DNA of 64,000 nucleotides from Camelus ferus (lineage: Eukaryota). How positions within the stretch are numbered: position 1 is the stretch's first letter; the number at the start of each line of letters is the position of its first letter. Made by a program: the position numbers and the translations under genes. The stretch covers positions 2,296,001 through 2,360,000 of the forward strand of contig NC_045697.1 of assembly GCF_009834535.1 (NCBI RefSeq), read 5' to 3'. This document shows, piece after piece, positions 1-11,450 of the stretch. The notes under the pieces are model-generated. The model was not told the DNA's origin. It made no database searches and saw only the letters and a program-made list of their open reading frames with translations.

Positions 1-827
1 CGCCCAGCATGTGGGGATGCTCGAGGCGCAGGGCGAGCAGCGGCTGACACTACGGCACCGCCCCCAGCAATCCTGGCCCTGCTGCCTCCTCTCAGTCCTG
101 GCACGGCCCAGGGAAGGGGTGTCTAGGAGGCAGGGACTGAGCACATGGCCCCAGGGGTGTCAGACAGCGCCTGGTAATGGGAATCCACAGCCCGGCGAGT
201 GCGGGAGCTAGGGGGTGCTGCAGACCCCGGCCTTGCCTGACCGCCCCCTGTGCCAGGGGCTTTGGAGCTGCCACTGCCCTGTGGCCTCCTGGGCAGGGAG
301 GGGTCGCTGAGCCCAGGTTCCCATCCGGGCCCCCCTCCCTTCCTCCCCGGCCCTGACCCAGCAGACCCTCACCATCACCTTGAGGCCTCTGGGGGACCTG
401 TTGGTAATGACCGTGATGAGACTGGAAACCAGGGTGAACCCACCAGCAGCCAGCTTCATGGGAACACCCCGGGCATGGCCCAGGCCGCTTCCCCCGGGGT
501 CTTTCCCTGTCCCCGGGGTCCCTCTGGGGGCCAGCCTTATCCTCCCCATCTCCCGGAGGAGGAAACTGAGGCAAGGGCTAAGCCCTGTAGTACACCCGAC
601 AGCCCTGCCTGAGGCCCCTCTTCTGAGCAGCACTGAGCTGGCGGGTCTGTGCATGGCGGGGGCCAAGCTGAGGGGGCTGCCCGCTCACACGGCTGGGGCC
701 GGGGCCATACCTGCACCCCGGGCCTGTCGTCCCCGGATCCTCGTGCTTAACTGCTTCCCCTGGAAGGAGAGTTTTAAAAAACATTCTCTCTTCAGAAGAG
801 TATTTACTTGTTTTGTGGGTCTCCAAG

Positions 828-1200
828 TGTAATGGGTTGAATTGTGGCCCCCAAAAAGCTAAGTTCAAGTCCGGAGCTCTGGAACCTGTGAAGGCGACCT
901 TATTTGGAAATACGGTCTTTGCTGAGGTGCAATGAGCTGGGGGCTAATGCCATGGTGCTGTCCTTATAGGAAGAGGACATACACGCAGATGGAGAAGGGG
1001 TCACGGGGCAGAGGTTGGAGCGATGCAGCCACAAACCAAGACGCTGGAAGAGGCCGGGTTTCCTCCCCTGGAGCCTCTAGAGCGAGCCCAGCCCTGCCGA
1101 CCCCGGAGGTCGGACTTCTGGCCTCCAGGACCGTGAGTCAGTTCCCGTTGTGTGAAGCCCCCAGGTTGATCTGCTATGGGAGCCCTCTAGGGACCAAACT
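828..1200 (+). mobile_element. MLT1 (ERVL-MaLR) solo LTR, MLT1B/C-like
   Basis: Starts TGTAATGGGTTGAATTGTGGCCCCCAAAA; contains GACCTTATTTGGAAATA.GGTCTTTG and GGACTTCTGGCCTCCAG..CCGTGAG, typical MLT1 motifs. Confidence 0.85.
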
Positions 1201-1224
1201 GAGCCCTGCCCCGCCCCTAGCCAC

Positions 1225-1390
1225 CAACGTGACTGTGTTTGGAGATGGGCCTTCAGCAGGTAATTCAAATTAGGTGGGGTCATAATCCCACAGGACTGTG
1301 GCCTTGTAAGTAGAGAAAGAGTGAGAAAGATCTCCCCTCCCCCTTCTCTGCCAGGAGGGCACAGCCAGAAGGTGGCTGCCTCTCACCAGC
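1225..1390 (+). mobile_element. Second MLT1/MaLR LTR fragment
   Basis: AACGTGACTGTGTTTGGAGATGGGCCTT...GGTAATT...GTCATAA...GACTGTGGCCTTGTAAG..AGAGA...AGAAGGTGGC. Confidence 0.65.
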
Positions 1391-2104
1391 GCGTGAGGGC
1401 GCGGGTGTGGGCGGGGCTTGCACGTGGGCCTGCGGCAGGGGGCTCAGCGCCCGTGGGTTCAGTGCTCAGCTCCTGCAAGCGTGGGTGCTGCTGGCCTGCC
1501 CTGGAGAGGGGCCCAATGGAAGCACACCCAAAACCTGGGCGGGGAGGCTCCGCAGAGGGAGGGTGTGTCAGGGGCACTGTGTGGGGAGCCCTGGGCAGCA
1601 CCGGCCCGAATTCCCTCCTGGGGTGTGGATGCCCAAAGGTGGACTGGGGTGCGGACAAAAGGTGCACACTTTCTTCCCGGTCCTGGTGCACGACGTGCAG
1701 TGTGTCCTAGAAGACCATGCCGGGTGGCTGGCCTCCTCCAGCTGCAGAAGAAACACCTCTGCACCCTGCCCCCCAGCTCCTCCGGGAGACAGAGCGAGCC
1801 TGGGCACCAGCCCTGTCCTCTGGGCTCACAAGGCCTTGGGTGCGCTGTGCCCGAGCAGGAGAGCAGCTGGGAGGCTGAGGGACACCCTGCGCTTGAGGAG
1901 CTGCAGGCAAGTCGCTAGCTGCGCCTCAGAGCTCTTCACGACAGGGCGCTGGGCCCCCTCGCCTGGGGCTGTGGGGAGAGGGATCCACACCCCTGTCTTT
2001 GGGCCCTCGGGGGCACAGCATCCTCGGGCCGGGTTATCTGCTGCTAAGAACTCCATGTCTCCCCTCCCTCCACCCCTCCCTCCTCCCTCCTTTTTTCTCT
2101 CTCT

Positions 2105-2215
2105 GCCTTTTAAATTTGGTTATTTTTCTGGCATACAAAAGGTTTAATTTTATGTAGTCAAATCCATCAATCTCTTCATTTGTGCCTCATTTCATTCCTT
2201 TTAAGCTTGGAAAGC
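2105..2215 (-). mobile_element. Ancient L1M ORF2 fragment
   Basis: CAAAAGGTTTAATTTTATGTAGTCAAATCCATCAATCT resembles the antisense of L1 ORF2 3' region. Confidence 0.6.
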
Positions 2216-3479
2216 TGCCCCCACCCCCACCCCAGGGATCTGTCGGTGTGGTTTACCTTGCACTGGGGGCGTGTGGGTCTGGTGCAGCTGCACGGTCGTG
2301 GCGGGGCTCCGCTCTCAGGGCTCCGTGCTCCCAGGACAGAGCACACTGGCCCTCCTTTCTCTCCCAGGGAGCGGCAGGGTGCTTCCCTCAGCCTGTCCCC
2401 ACAACAGCTCTTGGCTTCCCACTGGCTCCCACTAGGCCTGTGCCCAAGCCTGGCCGCCGGCACACACCCTCCTCCGGAGGGACTGTCCTCACCCAGCACA
2501 GCCTCTGCCTCCCCAGCCCCCAGCCCAGCGCGGGCAGAGGGCAGCCAGGCCCGCAGCCCTGTTGTGGCCGGTCAGACTCCAGGAAGGTGCCTGATGGCCA
2601 GTGGTCTCTGGAGGGCTGGATGACCTCAGTCTGCAGCCCCTGTGCTGAGCTGGGGCCTCTGCAGGGAACCTGGGCTCCACGTATGCCTCAACCACATCCT
2701 GCAAGGACAGCGGGGAGGTGGCAGGGGGCCCTGGGACATCCTGGGGGCTCGGGGGCCAAAGAACGTGATCATAGAATCAGGGAGTGTTGAAGCGATTTGG
2801 GGAAGGAAGAGGTGGAGAGAAGACACATCAGAAGCAGCCACAGAGAAACACCACCACAGTGACCTCCGGACAGAGGCCGGTCCCTCAGCCCAGGTTTCCC
2901 TGGCGGGCAGCGGGGACTGGTCAGCAGCCTGGAGACTGGTCAGGGGCCCCTTTGCTGAGGGCCAAGTAAAAGCAACAATTCCTCCCAGCTGATGTAGAAG
3001 GGGAGTGGAGGGCAGACTGTCGTGGGTGTCAGAGACCAGAGCTGGCCTTGAAGACCCTGGGACCCAGTCAGTAGTTGCTTTGGATGAGTGGGACACGTGA
3101 GACCCCGGTGGGGGGCCTATCTCAGGGTCATGCACGGAGCGAGCTGCACCAGGTGTTGTGATGCCCGCCAGGAGCTTTTGAGAATCTGCCATGGTGTGGA
3201 ACTGGGCAGAAGGCAGGAGAGCCAGGCCACCCCCTCCTCTCCCGCTTCTCACTGGAGCTGAGCGGATCATCAAAGGAAAATATTCACTAGGTCTTGATCG
3301 CTTAGAGAACAGCCCCCCACTCACCACCCTCCTTGTCCTCACTCGTGGTGGCCAGATCTTCACCTGACTCTAAGGAAATTTGAAAACATTGTGAATAAAA
3401 TGTCAGAATTTCTTGAACTAATGAGAGTGATGCTGGAGACTGTCCCAAATCACACATAAAGAGGGACCTATGAGGGTGG

Positions 3480-3610
3480 TGTATCAGTCAGCTGCTGCTG
3501 CATAACAACCATCACACAGCAGCAGAGGAACATGGCGGGAAGCAGCTTCTCCTGTGTTTCTGAGTGGCTCTGCTTTGGGCTGCGGGTGGAGGGGCTTGGC
3601 CCTCATGCAA
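3480..3610 (-). mobile_element. Old MLT1 LTR end fragment
   Basis: TGTATCAGTCAGCTGCTGCTGCATAACAACCA resembles the reverse-complemented MLT1 terminus. Confidence 0.5.
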
Positions 3611-4419
3611 GCGCACTCTGCTGAGGTCATCCCAGGGCTGGGCCTGAGCGGGAAGTCGGAGAAGAGAATGTTGGGATGGATGCTTCAAAGAGGCTGATGG
3701 GGGTTCTAGTGGATGAGGGACGGTCCTTAGGCAGCGGACACCACCCTTCTTATATTTGCAGGCGGCGCTCTTGACAACTGTCCCTGGAAAGTCAAATCTG
3801 AGAACGACAGCGACATTTACTGCACCGGCTGCCCCAGCTTCACCTGAAAGACTGCCGTCCCCCAGTCAGCCCTCCAGCGCCTTTTGTTCATTTTAAAATT
3901 AGTGCTTAGTTGCCACGGTCACTTTGAACTTGCTAAATGGAAGAGAAAGCAAACTTGTTTCTGTAGCTTTATCTTCACGTAGGGGATGAAACCCCAGCCT
4001 AACACACTGGCCGCCATCTGCTGAGATGAGGCCCCTCATTTCCAGGATGCCCTCTGGCGATGGAGGTGTCCCTCATGCACTCGTCTGGGGCTGACGGTGC
4101 AGGGAGTTGGCCCTGGGCCGGGCTCTGGGCCCAGCTCAAGCAGAGGGAAAAAGACCCCAGTTCCACGGCCAGGTGGCCACTCGGAAGTGAGTTTTGTCTG
4201 CTCTGATCCCTCCAGGGCCGCATCAGTGCTGAATCTTCCCTTTCAAATGCCGTGGAGGTGCGCCCCGGGGGGGCACCGGCCCTGAAGTGGGCGACGTCAA
4301 GACAAAGCCGCCCTCAGATACACTCTTAAGCTGCCTGTGCAGGGCCCAACCCTGAGGGTGAGTCTCTCTCCTAGTGGCCCTGGTGCCGAGGAGCAGGAGA
4401 GACGCGGCTGCAGCGCACC

Positions 4420-4515
4420 TGTGTGCGCCCATGTGTGCGTGCACGTGTGTGTGACGGTGTGCATGTGTGTGCACGAAGGTGTGTGCATGTGTGCGTGTGC
4501 GTGTTGAGTGTGTGT
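4420..4515. repeat. Degenerate (TG)n/(TGCA) microsatellite
   Basis: Largely alternating purine-pyrimidine tract seen directly. Confidence 0.9.
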
Positions 4516-7124
4516 CGGGGACCCTGTGCTGCTCAGCTGGTCTCTGCTGCTCAGAGTTAAGGATGCTGAAAACTCACGGGGCCTCCATGAGGCAGGAGAC
4601 CCGGGACAGGCGGAGAGGGAGGGGGCGCGGCTGACGGCGGAGAAGTGAAGGGCAGCGTGCTACAGGGAATGAAGGTGCAGGGATGTGGCCGTGGGCCAGG
4701 AGAGGCCAGAGCTGAGGGGAACCACCACCCACCAGGACCAGGAATAGCTCCAGGAGCCCAGGGAAGAGCCGGGCTCAGCGAGGGCTCCGGGAGGGGAACA
4801 GGTGGCTGTCACGCAGCTGGGAAACACGGGACACAGCCCTCGTGCTCGGGGCAGGGCTGTCCCCTCTGAGTCCCCCCAAGTTTGACAGGTGCTGTAAAGG
4901 CCAGGGGGTCACTTCGGCTCTGGTGTGCAAGAACTCAGACACACCCAGAAGCCTTTCCTAACCTGCCTTCCCAGGAGACAGAGACTGGGTCCAATGAAAG
5001 AACGTGTGAGGAGGTTGGGTGAAAACACAGCAAAACTGGTTAAGCCCAAGTGAGACAATGGCTGAGGTGCAGCTCTGGAAAAGGGGCTATTGGAAACAGA
5101 TGCCTAATTTAAAAACTAACGATGAAGTTAAGTGGTGGGGGTCCTAAAACCCTAGAGGGACTCAGCCAGGCAGGAGGTGGATCGGGGGCGCCGGGGAGAG
5201 CGGCTGTGTCCTCCCTGGGCGCAGCGGCAGCAGCGGGGCGGAGGACTCGGGGAAGCCCCAGCCCCGCCCGGGGCACCGCGAGACCCACACGCGGCTCACT
5301 CCCCACAGAGGGAGGAAACAATTTTGAGAAAAGCGAAGTAAACGAGTTCAAAATTAAAAGCTCCGAGGAGCTGATCATTAAACCCTGAGCTGGCTCTTTG
5401 AAAACATTCTGTAAAATGAACGAGCGTCTTGAAAGAAAGATCCAGAAGAGCGACCCCCAGAGTGAGCTGGGGCAGGTGGGGTTGGGGTGTGATGGGCCCA
5501 GGCGGCGGGAGAGCCTGGGGTCCCTCCAGTCCCAGCATCCTCATCTCTCCTTCCTCTGCAGACGGCGGAGGGGATGCTGCCTGCAGCTGAGCACTGAGAC
5601 CCGCGGCAGGGTTTCGGGTCTGAGCAGGGGATAAAAGGAGCGGACCAGCCAGAAGGGAAGAGGACCATCCCTGGGAACCACAAGGACACCTGTCCTGGCA
5701 AAGCCGGGCGTGCCCCCACCTCACTGGGGACTTTATCAACATTAACCATCACCACCTACAGGCAGCCAGGTCAGGTCAACAACCCCAGGACACGGGAAGG
5801 TGGGCACCTCTGCCAGCACAGCCCCTGAGGCCAGCCCACCCAAGAGAGGGGGGGGCGCCGAGGGTAGTGGGAGCTGGAGCCAGGAGGTGGAGGGTCCCTG
5901 CTCCCGCACAGCATGGGCCGCCTGCAAGATGGCTCCGACTGGGAGCCCGAGTGACTGTCCATAACCATTGAATGCAGGGCGCGGGGCGGCAAGGAGGTGA
6001 GAGCCAGGTGCGGTTTATGAGATGCACCCTGTGCAGTGCACAGGGCCCCACCGGAGGGCTGCGATCGGGGCCGCAGCCCAGGGACTCCACACTCAAGAGG
6101 CCCCGGGCCCGATTCAGTGATGATCTGCTTGAGTCGGCCATCTTGAGTCGTTAGCAACCTTTGAGCAACATCCCTGAGTTTTCACTCTGTGCTGGGCCCA
6201 GTGCGATGTGATTGCTGCTTCTGCGTTTGCCGGTCAGCGAGGGCACGGGGCTTCTCTGGCGTGGGATGCGGAGCAGCTGGGGCACGACTCCCAGGCGTCA
6301 CGGACGTACTGCCCACATCGTGGGGTCCCTGTGCACCACATCTTGGAGGGGGTGGCGGTCATAGAGCAGGTGCCTTCTTTTTCTCCAGACGTGTCTGCTC
6401 AGCGGACTGCAGCTCCTGGGGGCGGGCGCCAGTCCCACTCCTCCCTGGGCCACTCCTTTGGCGGGGTGGGGCGTGTGCTCAGAGACGCCTCCTCCGTGTG
6501 CAATGCGGGGCCAGGCAGGGTGTGGCTGAGGGCAGGGGTGCCCACGGGCTGAGAGTGGGAGACCTCTGCTGGGGTTTCCTTTTGGTCTATTGTGCACGGT
6601 GGAGGCGGACTGGGAGGGAGCTGAGGCCCGGCCCAGGTCCCAGGGACCCCTGGGCCCCACACAGGAGGAGCCTTTCCAGGAGTCAGTTCCCCCTCAGACC
6701 TAGAGCCCCCTCGGAGCTGCCGGGCAGACGCATCTCACCGGCAGGCCGGGCCTCCCCGCTTGCAGCACGGCCAGTGCCCCGGGATCTGATTTCAGTATCA
6801 TTACTGAGAAGTCCAGCTTTCCTGTAAGCATGAGTTATTACCCGGGAATTGAAGCCCAAGTGAAGGAAAATGGCAAAACTCCGTTGTCTGCCAAACATGT
6901 CTGCTTGAGGGGTGGAGGATGCTCAGCGGCCCTCGGATTGGCTTTGAGAGCAGACAAAACCGATTCAGCGGTTCCCCAGGGGGTCCTGAACATTTGGGGG
7001 TGGGGTGGGGGAAGGGAGTCTGTGATTGAGGCCAATGGCATTGCTGTTAGAGGCAGAGCTGGGTCATGGGTAACACTTTAGGGCTGAGACAACCTTAGGT
7101 CTCAAGACAGCCAGGCACCCAGAT

Positions 7125-7280
7125 GAATGTTCAATCATTCCACCCCAGTATCCATCCGTCCATCGTCCATCCATCCACGGGCCACGTGAGCACTCTGAGT
7201 GCACAGCTGTGCTGGGTGACTGGCACACAGATGGGATCAGTCCCAGGAGCTTGCTGCCTTGTGGGAGAGACAGGCATACT
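7125..7280 (-). mobile_element. L2 3' end
   Basis: TCATTC/CCAT-like tail, then GAGCAC...TGTGCTGGG...CAGGAGCTTGC...GTGGGAGAGACAG, the antisense L2 terminal pattern. Confidence 0.6.
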
Positions 7281-8074
7281 GGTTTCTGACTGGACCGGGT
7301 GCCGGGGAGCTGTGGGCGGGCAGAGGGGGCACCCGACACAGCGGTAACAGGGGACAGAGGAGCCTCTTCCTTAAGCTGAGTCCTGAGGAGTGGGGGTGTG
7401 GGGGCCCAGATGGAGTGGAAGAAACAGAAGAAAATAGGGGACCCCGTGAGCAAGGGTGTGGAGGCCAGACCCGGCTGCTAAGAGCAGGGAGCCCGGAGTG
7501 TCCTGTGTTCCTAGAGCAGGAGGAGGCAGGGCCCAAGCCAGCAGAGGCCACCGCGCCCCGTGAGAGGGGTGCTGGGACGCTGTCCCATCGGGCCGGGAGC
7601 CTCTGAAGAGTCAAACACAGGGCAGAGGACAGTTTAGAAAGGCCAGAGATCTGCTAATATGGAGCAGAGATCAGCAAGCCTTTTCTGTGCAGGGCAAGCC
7701 TCAGCCACGGGGGGTTTCTCATCCGCGCCCCGTGGGAGGGACATGACGGGATGGATGGTGCCAGGAGCCCTACAGCTCGCCGAGGGGCGCGGGCGTTGGC
7801 CGGATTCGCTCTCTGGTCGTTGTTCCCTTGAGTCTGAGATAAGAGTAAAATGAGCCATGTCTGATGGCAAAGCCCCAGTTTGATGGCAGTGGCCCAGCTG
7901 GATCTGCCCTGCAGGGGAAATCCACCCAAAACAGAGCTGTGGGGTGTGTGGGGCGGATGTGGCCAGACCTGGAGGACCCGAGCCCATGGCGGGGAGGAGC
8001 GCTCCTGCGCGGGGCCTCCAGCCGGGGCGTCAAGACCAGAGTAGCTTGTGGGTTGATGTGCTGGACCACAGCTT

Positions 8075-8236
8075 GTGGGATGGAAACCAAGGCCCTACCA
8101 TGCAGCCTGGGGAGCTACATGCAATAGCTTGTAATAACCTGTAATGAAAAAGAACATGTGTACAGCTGAACCGCTACGCTGTACACCAGCAACCAACGTA
8201 ACAGTGAACTATCTATACTTCAATTAAAAAAAAAAT
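8075..8236 (+). mobile_element. Heavily 5'-truncated L1 3' UTR with poly(A), cetartiodactyl-type family
   Basis: CTTGTAATAACCTGTAATGAAAAAGAA...CTGAACCGCTACGCTGTACACCAG...CTATACTTCAATTAAAAAAAAAA; homologous to the 3' end of the L1 at about 17720-17829. Confidence 0.85.
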
Positions 8237-9049
8237 CCGAGTCCTTCCGCTGCATCCACAGGTGACAGCACTGACAGCAGGAAGGGGCGGCTGGCGGGTT
8301 GGCAGGGCTCTGGCCCCGGCTGCAGGTCCTCCTGCGGCTCTGGGTTGACCCCTCACGCTGCAGCACAGGCCAACGTGCGGAGGCGGTAACGGCCGAGGGG
8401 GCCCTGGCTGTGAGCCCTGCCCGGTGGCAGAGCTGAGGCCGGGAGGACCTGGCTGCTGGCCGTGTTCAGAGAAGGTGGTGGGCGCGGCACAGAGGGAGCC
8501 TTTCTCCTGGTGTGGAAGGACCCCGTGGGCCCCCAGGCTCCTCGATCAGAGCACCCTTCTTTCAGTTCAAGCCAGCCTGTTCTGAGCTGGAGACGAGAAA
8601 CCTGCCTTGTGGTGTGGATGCAGCTGCCTCCTGGGGTGGGGCGGCGGGGTCGCAGCAAGGATCCGGCGGGAGGGTCCTAGTCTGCAGCTCGCACTTGGGC
8701 CCTCAAAGTGGAAACCCTGGGAATAACGCTACGAGGGTTCCACACACACAGGTGGTTCAAGGGCCCTGGATCCCCGAGTCCCTGAACGAGGGATCTGGGG
8801 TCTGCACGTTCACCCTGACTCGACCCCACAGATGTTTGACTCGAAACCAGAGAGCAGCTCGTGCAGGTGTGGGACACGCATGGGAAGACGGTTCCAGATC
8901 CAAGTGAGACGATCTGCGTAAACACCGTGAAACGTCCAGCTTCCGAGGACGCCTGTCAGGCAGGGCCTGTTTTGTGACAACAGGGCTGACTACAGTGACC
9001 GCACGTAGAGCTTCAGTGACCGCTGAGCAGCTGTGTTTCCTTGGCTCAG

Positions 9050-9560
9050 ACTTCACCTTCCGCCTGCGCCATCCATTGCTCTAGGTAGGATGGTCCAGGT
9101 TGCCCCAAATCTGCAGCCCCAGACGCTCTTCCGACCAGTTACTCCCCTCCTCACACCTCCTCCATGGCTCCCCATGGCCCTCCCCAAAGCCTGGCCCAGG
9201 GGCAAGGTCCCACGTGTTCTGTCCCATGCGCGCCCTCGGTGGCAGGTCCCAAACAGCGCTTGAGGTTATGAGCCTTCAAGCTCCTGCTTATGCTGAGCCC
9301 CAAGCCTGGAATCGCCATCTCCCCACTGCCCGCCTGGCAGGAAGGCTCGTCTCCAGACCCCACCAAGGGCCCCCTTTCCTATCTTTGGATGCTGTCCCTT
9401 GGCCTGACCCCCGCCCCGTGCAGCTGACCCTGCCCTCTCGTGCCTCCCCTGGCCTTGTACATGGTCTACCCCAGGTCCTGTCACTCCTCACCATCCTCGT
9501 TCCTGCCTGTCTCCCCTGCAAGCCTGCGAGCCCTGAAGGCCGTGCGTGGACAGTGGACTC
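9050..9560 (+). mobile_element. Degenerate L2
   Basis: CTCCATGGCTCCCCATGGCCCTC, GCCTGGAAT, TGCCTGTCTCCCC...GAGCCCTGAAGGC motifs of the L2 3' region. Confidence 0.5.
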
Positions 9561-11302
9561 TGTTTGCTGAGCACCTCCCATGTGCCTGCTCGCTGTGCGT
9601 GACTTCCTGGGGGTCACCACTCTGTGCTCACGGCAACCTGACCACCAGGCACCACTGCCAGCTCATGTCCAGGGATGGCGCCTCAGGGGACTCGGGGCAA
9701 AGGTGGGCCTGGTTGGAGCCCTGCCCTGTCTGAACTGTTGATTTACCCTCTGCTGCCTCCTCCGGCTCCCCACGGCCGGCCCACGGAGGGCGCTGGATGG
9801 ACATCCCCACAACGAATGAAGGGAGGGAGGAGGAGAGGCATGCCCGCCCAGGCTCGGGGGCCCGGTGCCGCACGGGAACTCAGCATCTCTCTGGGAGGCC
9901 ACAGTCTGCAGCTGCCCGCGCTCGGTCCACGTCAAAGGTGGAGCGGCGTGGGGGGTGGGGGGCCGTTCACTGTCAAGCTTCCGGGCAGCTGCCGCAGCCG
10001 CGGGGACCAAGTTGGATATTCACTCTGCTGGCCAGGACACCAGCTCAGCCGCTTCCCCGAGGTGGGAGTGCCGCGCAGAGCACGCGCCATCTTTGAACAC
10101 CCTCAGGTCCATCTCCATGGACTGAATTCAAAAGCAAAACGTGGGAAGCCCGGGGGGGCTCTGGTCCTGGGGCCAAGTGGCTGACGCCTAGTGAGCATTA
10201 GGCCAAAGGCGCCTCGGTGTTTCGGTCCGCAGTTCGGCTCACCTGCCGACTCTGGATGGCCACCCCCCCCCCAAGCTCGGTGAAGCCCAGCGGGGACAGC
10301 GCGGGGCCGCGGGCGCCTGGGTGGTGTCGCCCCTGCGGGTACTGGGGCTTTAGGGCTGCCAGCTGCACGACACTTGCTGGTGATTTTCTTGACGCGAAAA
10401 TGCGTCCCGGCTCATTCCAGTCCCACGTGTGAGCTAGAGAAAGTCTCCATTTCAGACAGTTTGAGGAAGAGAAAATGACTAAGTGTGCACTTTACGTAAC
10501 AGCCATTAAGATAATTTGATGTTCCGCTTGATTCAGGGCAGCGGATTCTCTTAAAAAGAGACAGTCCTGCTTTCTTGTTTCCCAAAGACTGAGAATTAAA
10601 TCTCTTCCCCAATAAAAATAAAAAGCTTAGTTTCCCCTCTAAATATTAAAATTTAGCCGAGGCAGGAAGCAGCCTCTCAAATTATGCAGGAGCCTCGTTA
10701 ACACACAGATTTTATGCAATGAAAACTGCTGATGTCTATGGAGTGTTTAATATTTACCCCGCGCCGGCGCTGAGACTGAGGCCACGGTGGCCCCCCGACA
10801 GGGGAGGACGCTGAGGCAGGGAGGGGAGAGGGGCTGGCCCCATCACTCATCTGGTAGGTGACACCATCAGGGGTCAGCCCTGGGCAGCCTCTCTGTCTGC
10901 CAGGCTGGGGAGCCTCAGTGGAGCCCAGGGGGAGGTCAGAATCCCCCAGGTGTGTTCTCTGGAGGCGGGGAGCGCTAAGGGAAGACGTGTGGTGGAGACG
11001 GCTGGCCAGCTCACCAGCAGGGCTGGCTGTTCTTTGGGGGGAAGGCACTCTCCTGTGTCGCCCTGTGTTGCAGGCTACCTTTGAAACATGCAACACTGAC
11101 CCCCTCCCCACTGGCCCTCCAAAGACCCTCAGCACCTGGCGGAGGTCCAGCTCCCTAGTGGGTGTCCAGAGCCCCTGGACTGGCCAGCCCGCATCTCCAG
11201 CAACTTCCTGTCCACCCTGGACGCTCTGGTGACCTTTGGCGCCCCACCCCTGCACATGGCTTCACCTTTAGAATTTCTAAAATTTATTAATTTTACAAAG
11301 TT

Positions 11303-11450
11303 AAAGCTTTTTTGGGGGAGGGGTGGGGAGGTAGTTAGGTTTATTTATTTACTTATTTATTTAAACTTAATGGAGGTGCTGGGGATCGAACCCACGCTCA
11401 CGTGCACGCTAAGCATGTGCTCTTCCGCTGAGCTATACACCCTCCCCCTC
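11303..11450 (-). mobile_element. Camelid tRNA-Ala(AGC)-derived SINE (vic-1-like) with 13-bp TSD
   Basis: Reverse complement GGTGTATAGCTCAGCGGAAGAGCACATGCTTAGCGTGCACGTGAGCGTGGGTTCGATCCCCAGCACCTCCA followed by a (TAAA)n-like tail; A and B boxes present; perfect TSD ATTTTACAAAGTT at 11290-11302 and 11451-11463. Confidence 0.92.

Noticed and set aside
2750..3480. Possible ERVL/MaLR internal sequence next to the LTR fragment at 3480
   Set aside because: No gag or pol motifs recognised; cannot be supported without a Dfam search.
6298..6420. Protein-looking minus-strand peptide (RHLLYDRHPLQDVVHRDP)
   Set aside because: No recognisable family and no convincing splice context; needs a BLASTX hit to be taken seriously.
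6893..6902. p53-family half-site AAACATGTCT
   Set aside because: No adjacent second half-site.
11371..11447. Possible tRNA-Ala(AGC) gene on the minus strand
   Set aside because: Has an AT-rich tail, a TSD and stem-disrupting substitutions, so it is a SINE head rather than a tRNA gene.
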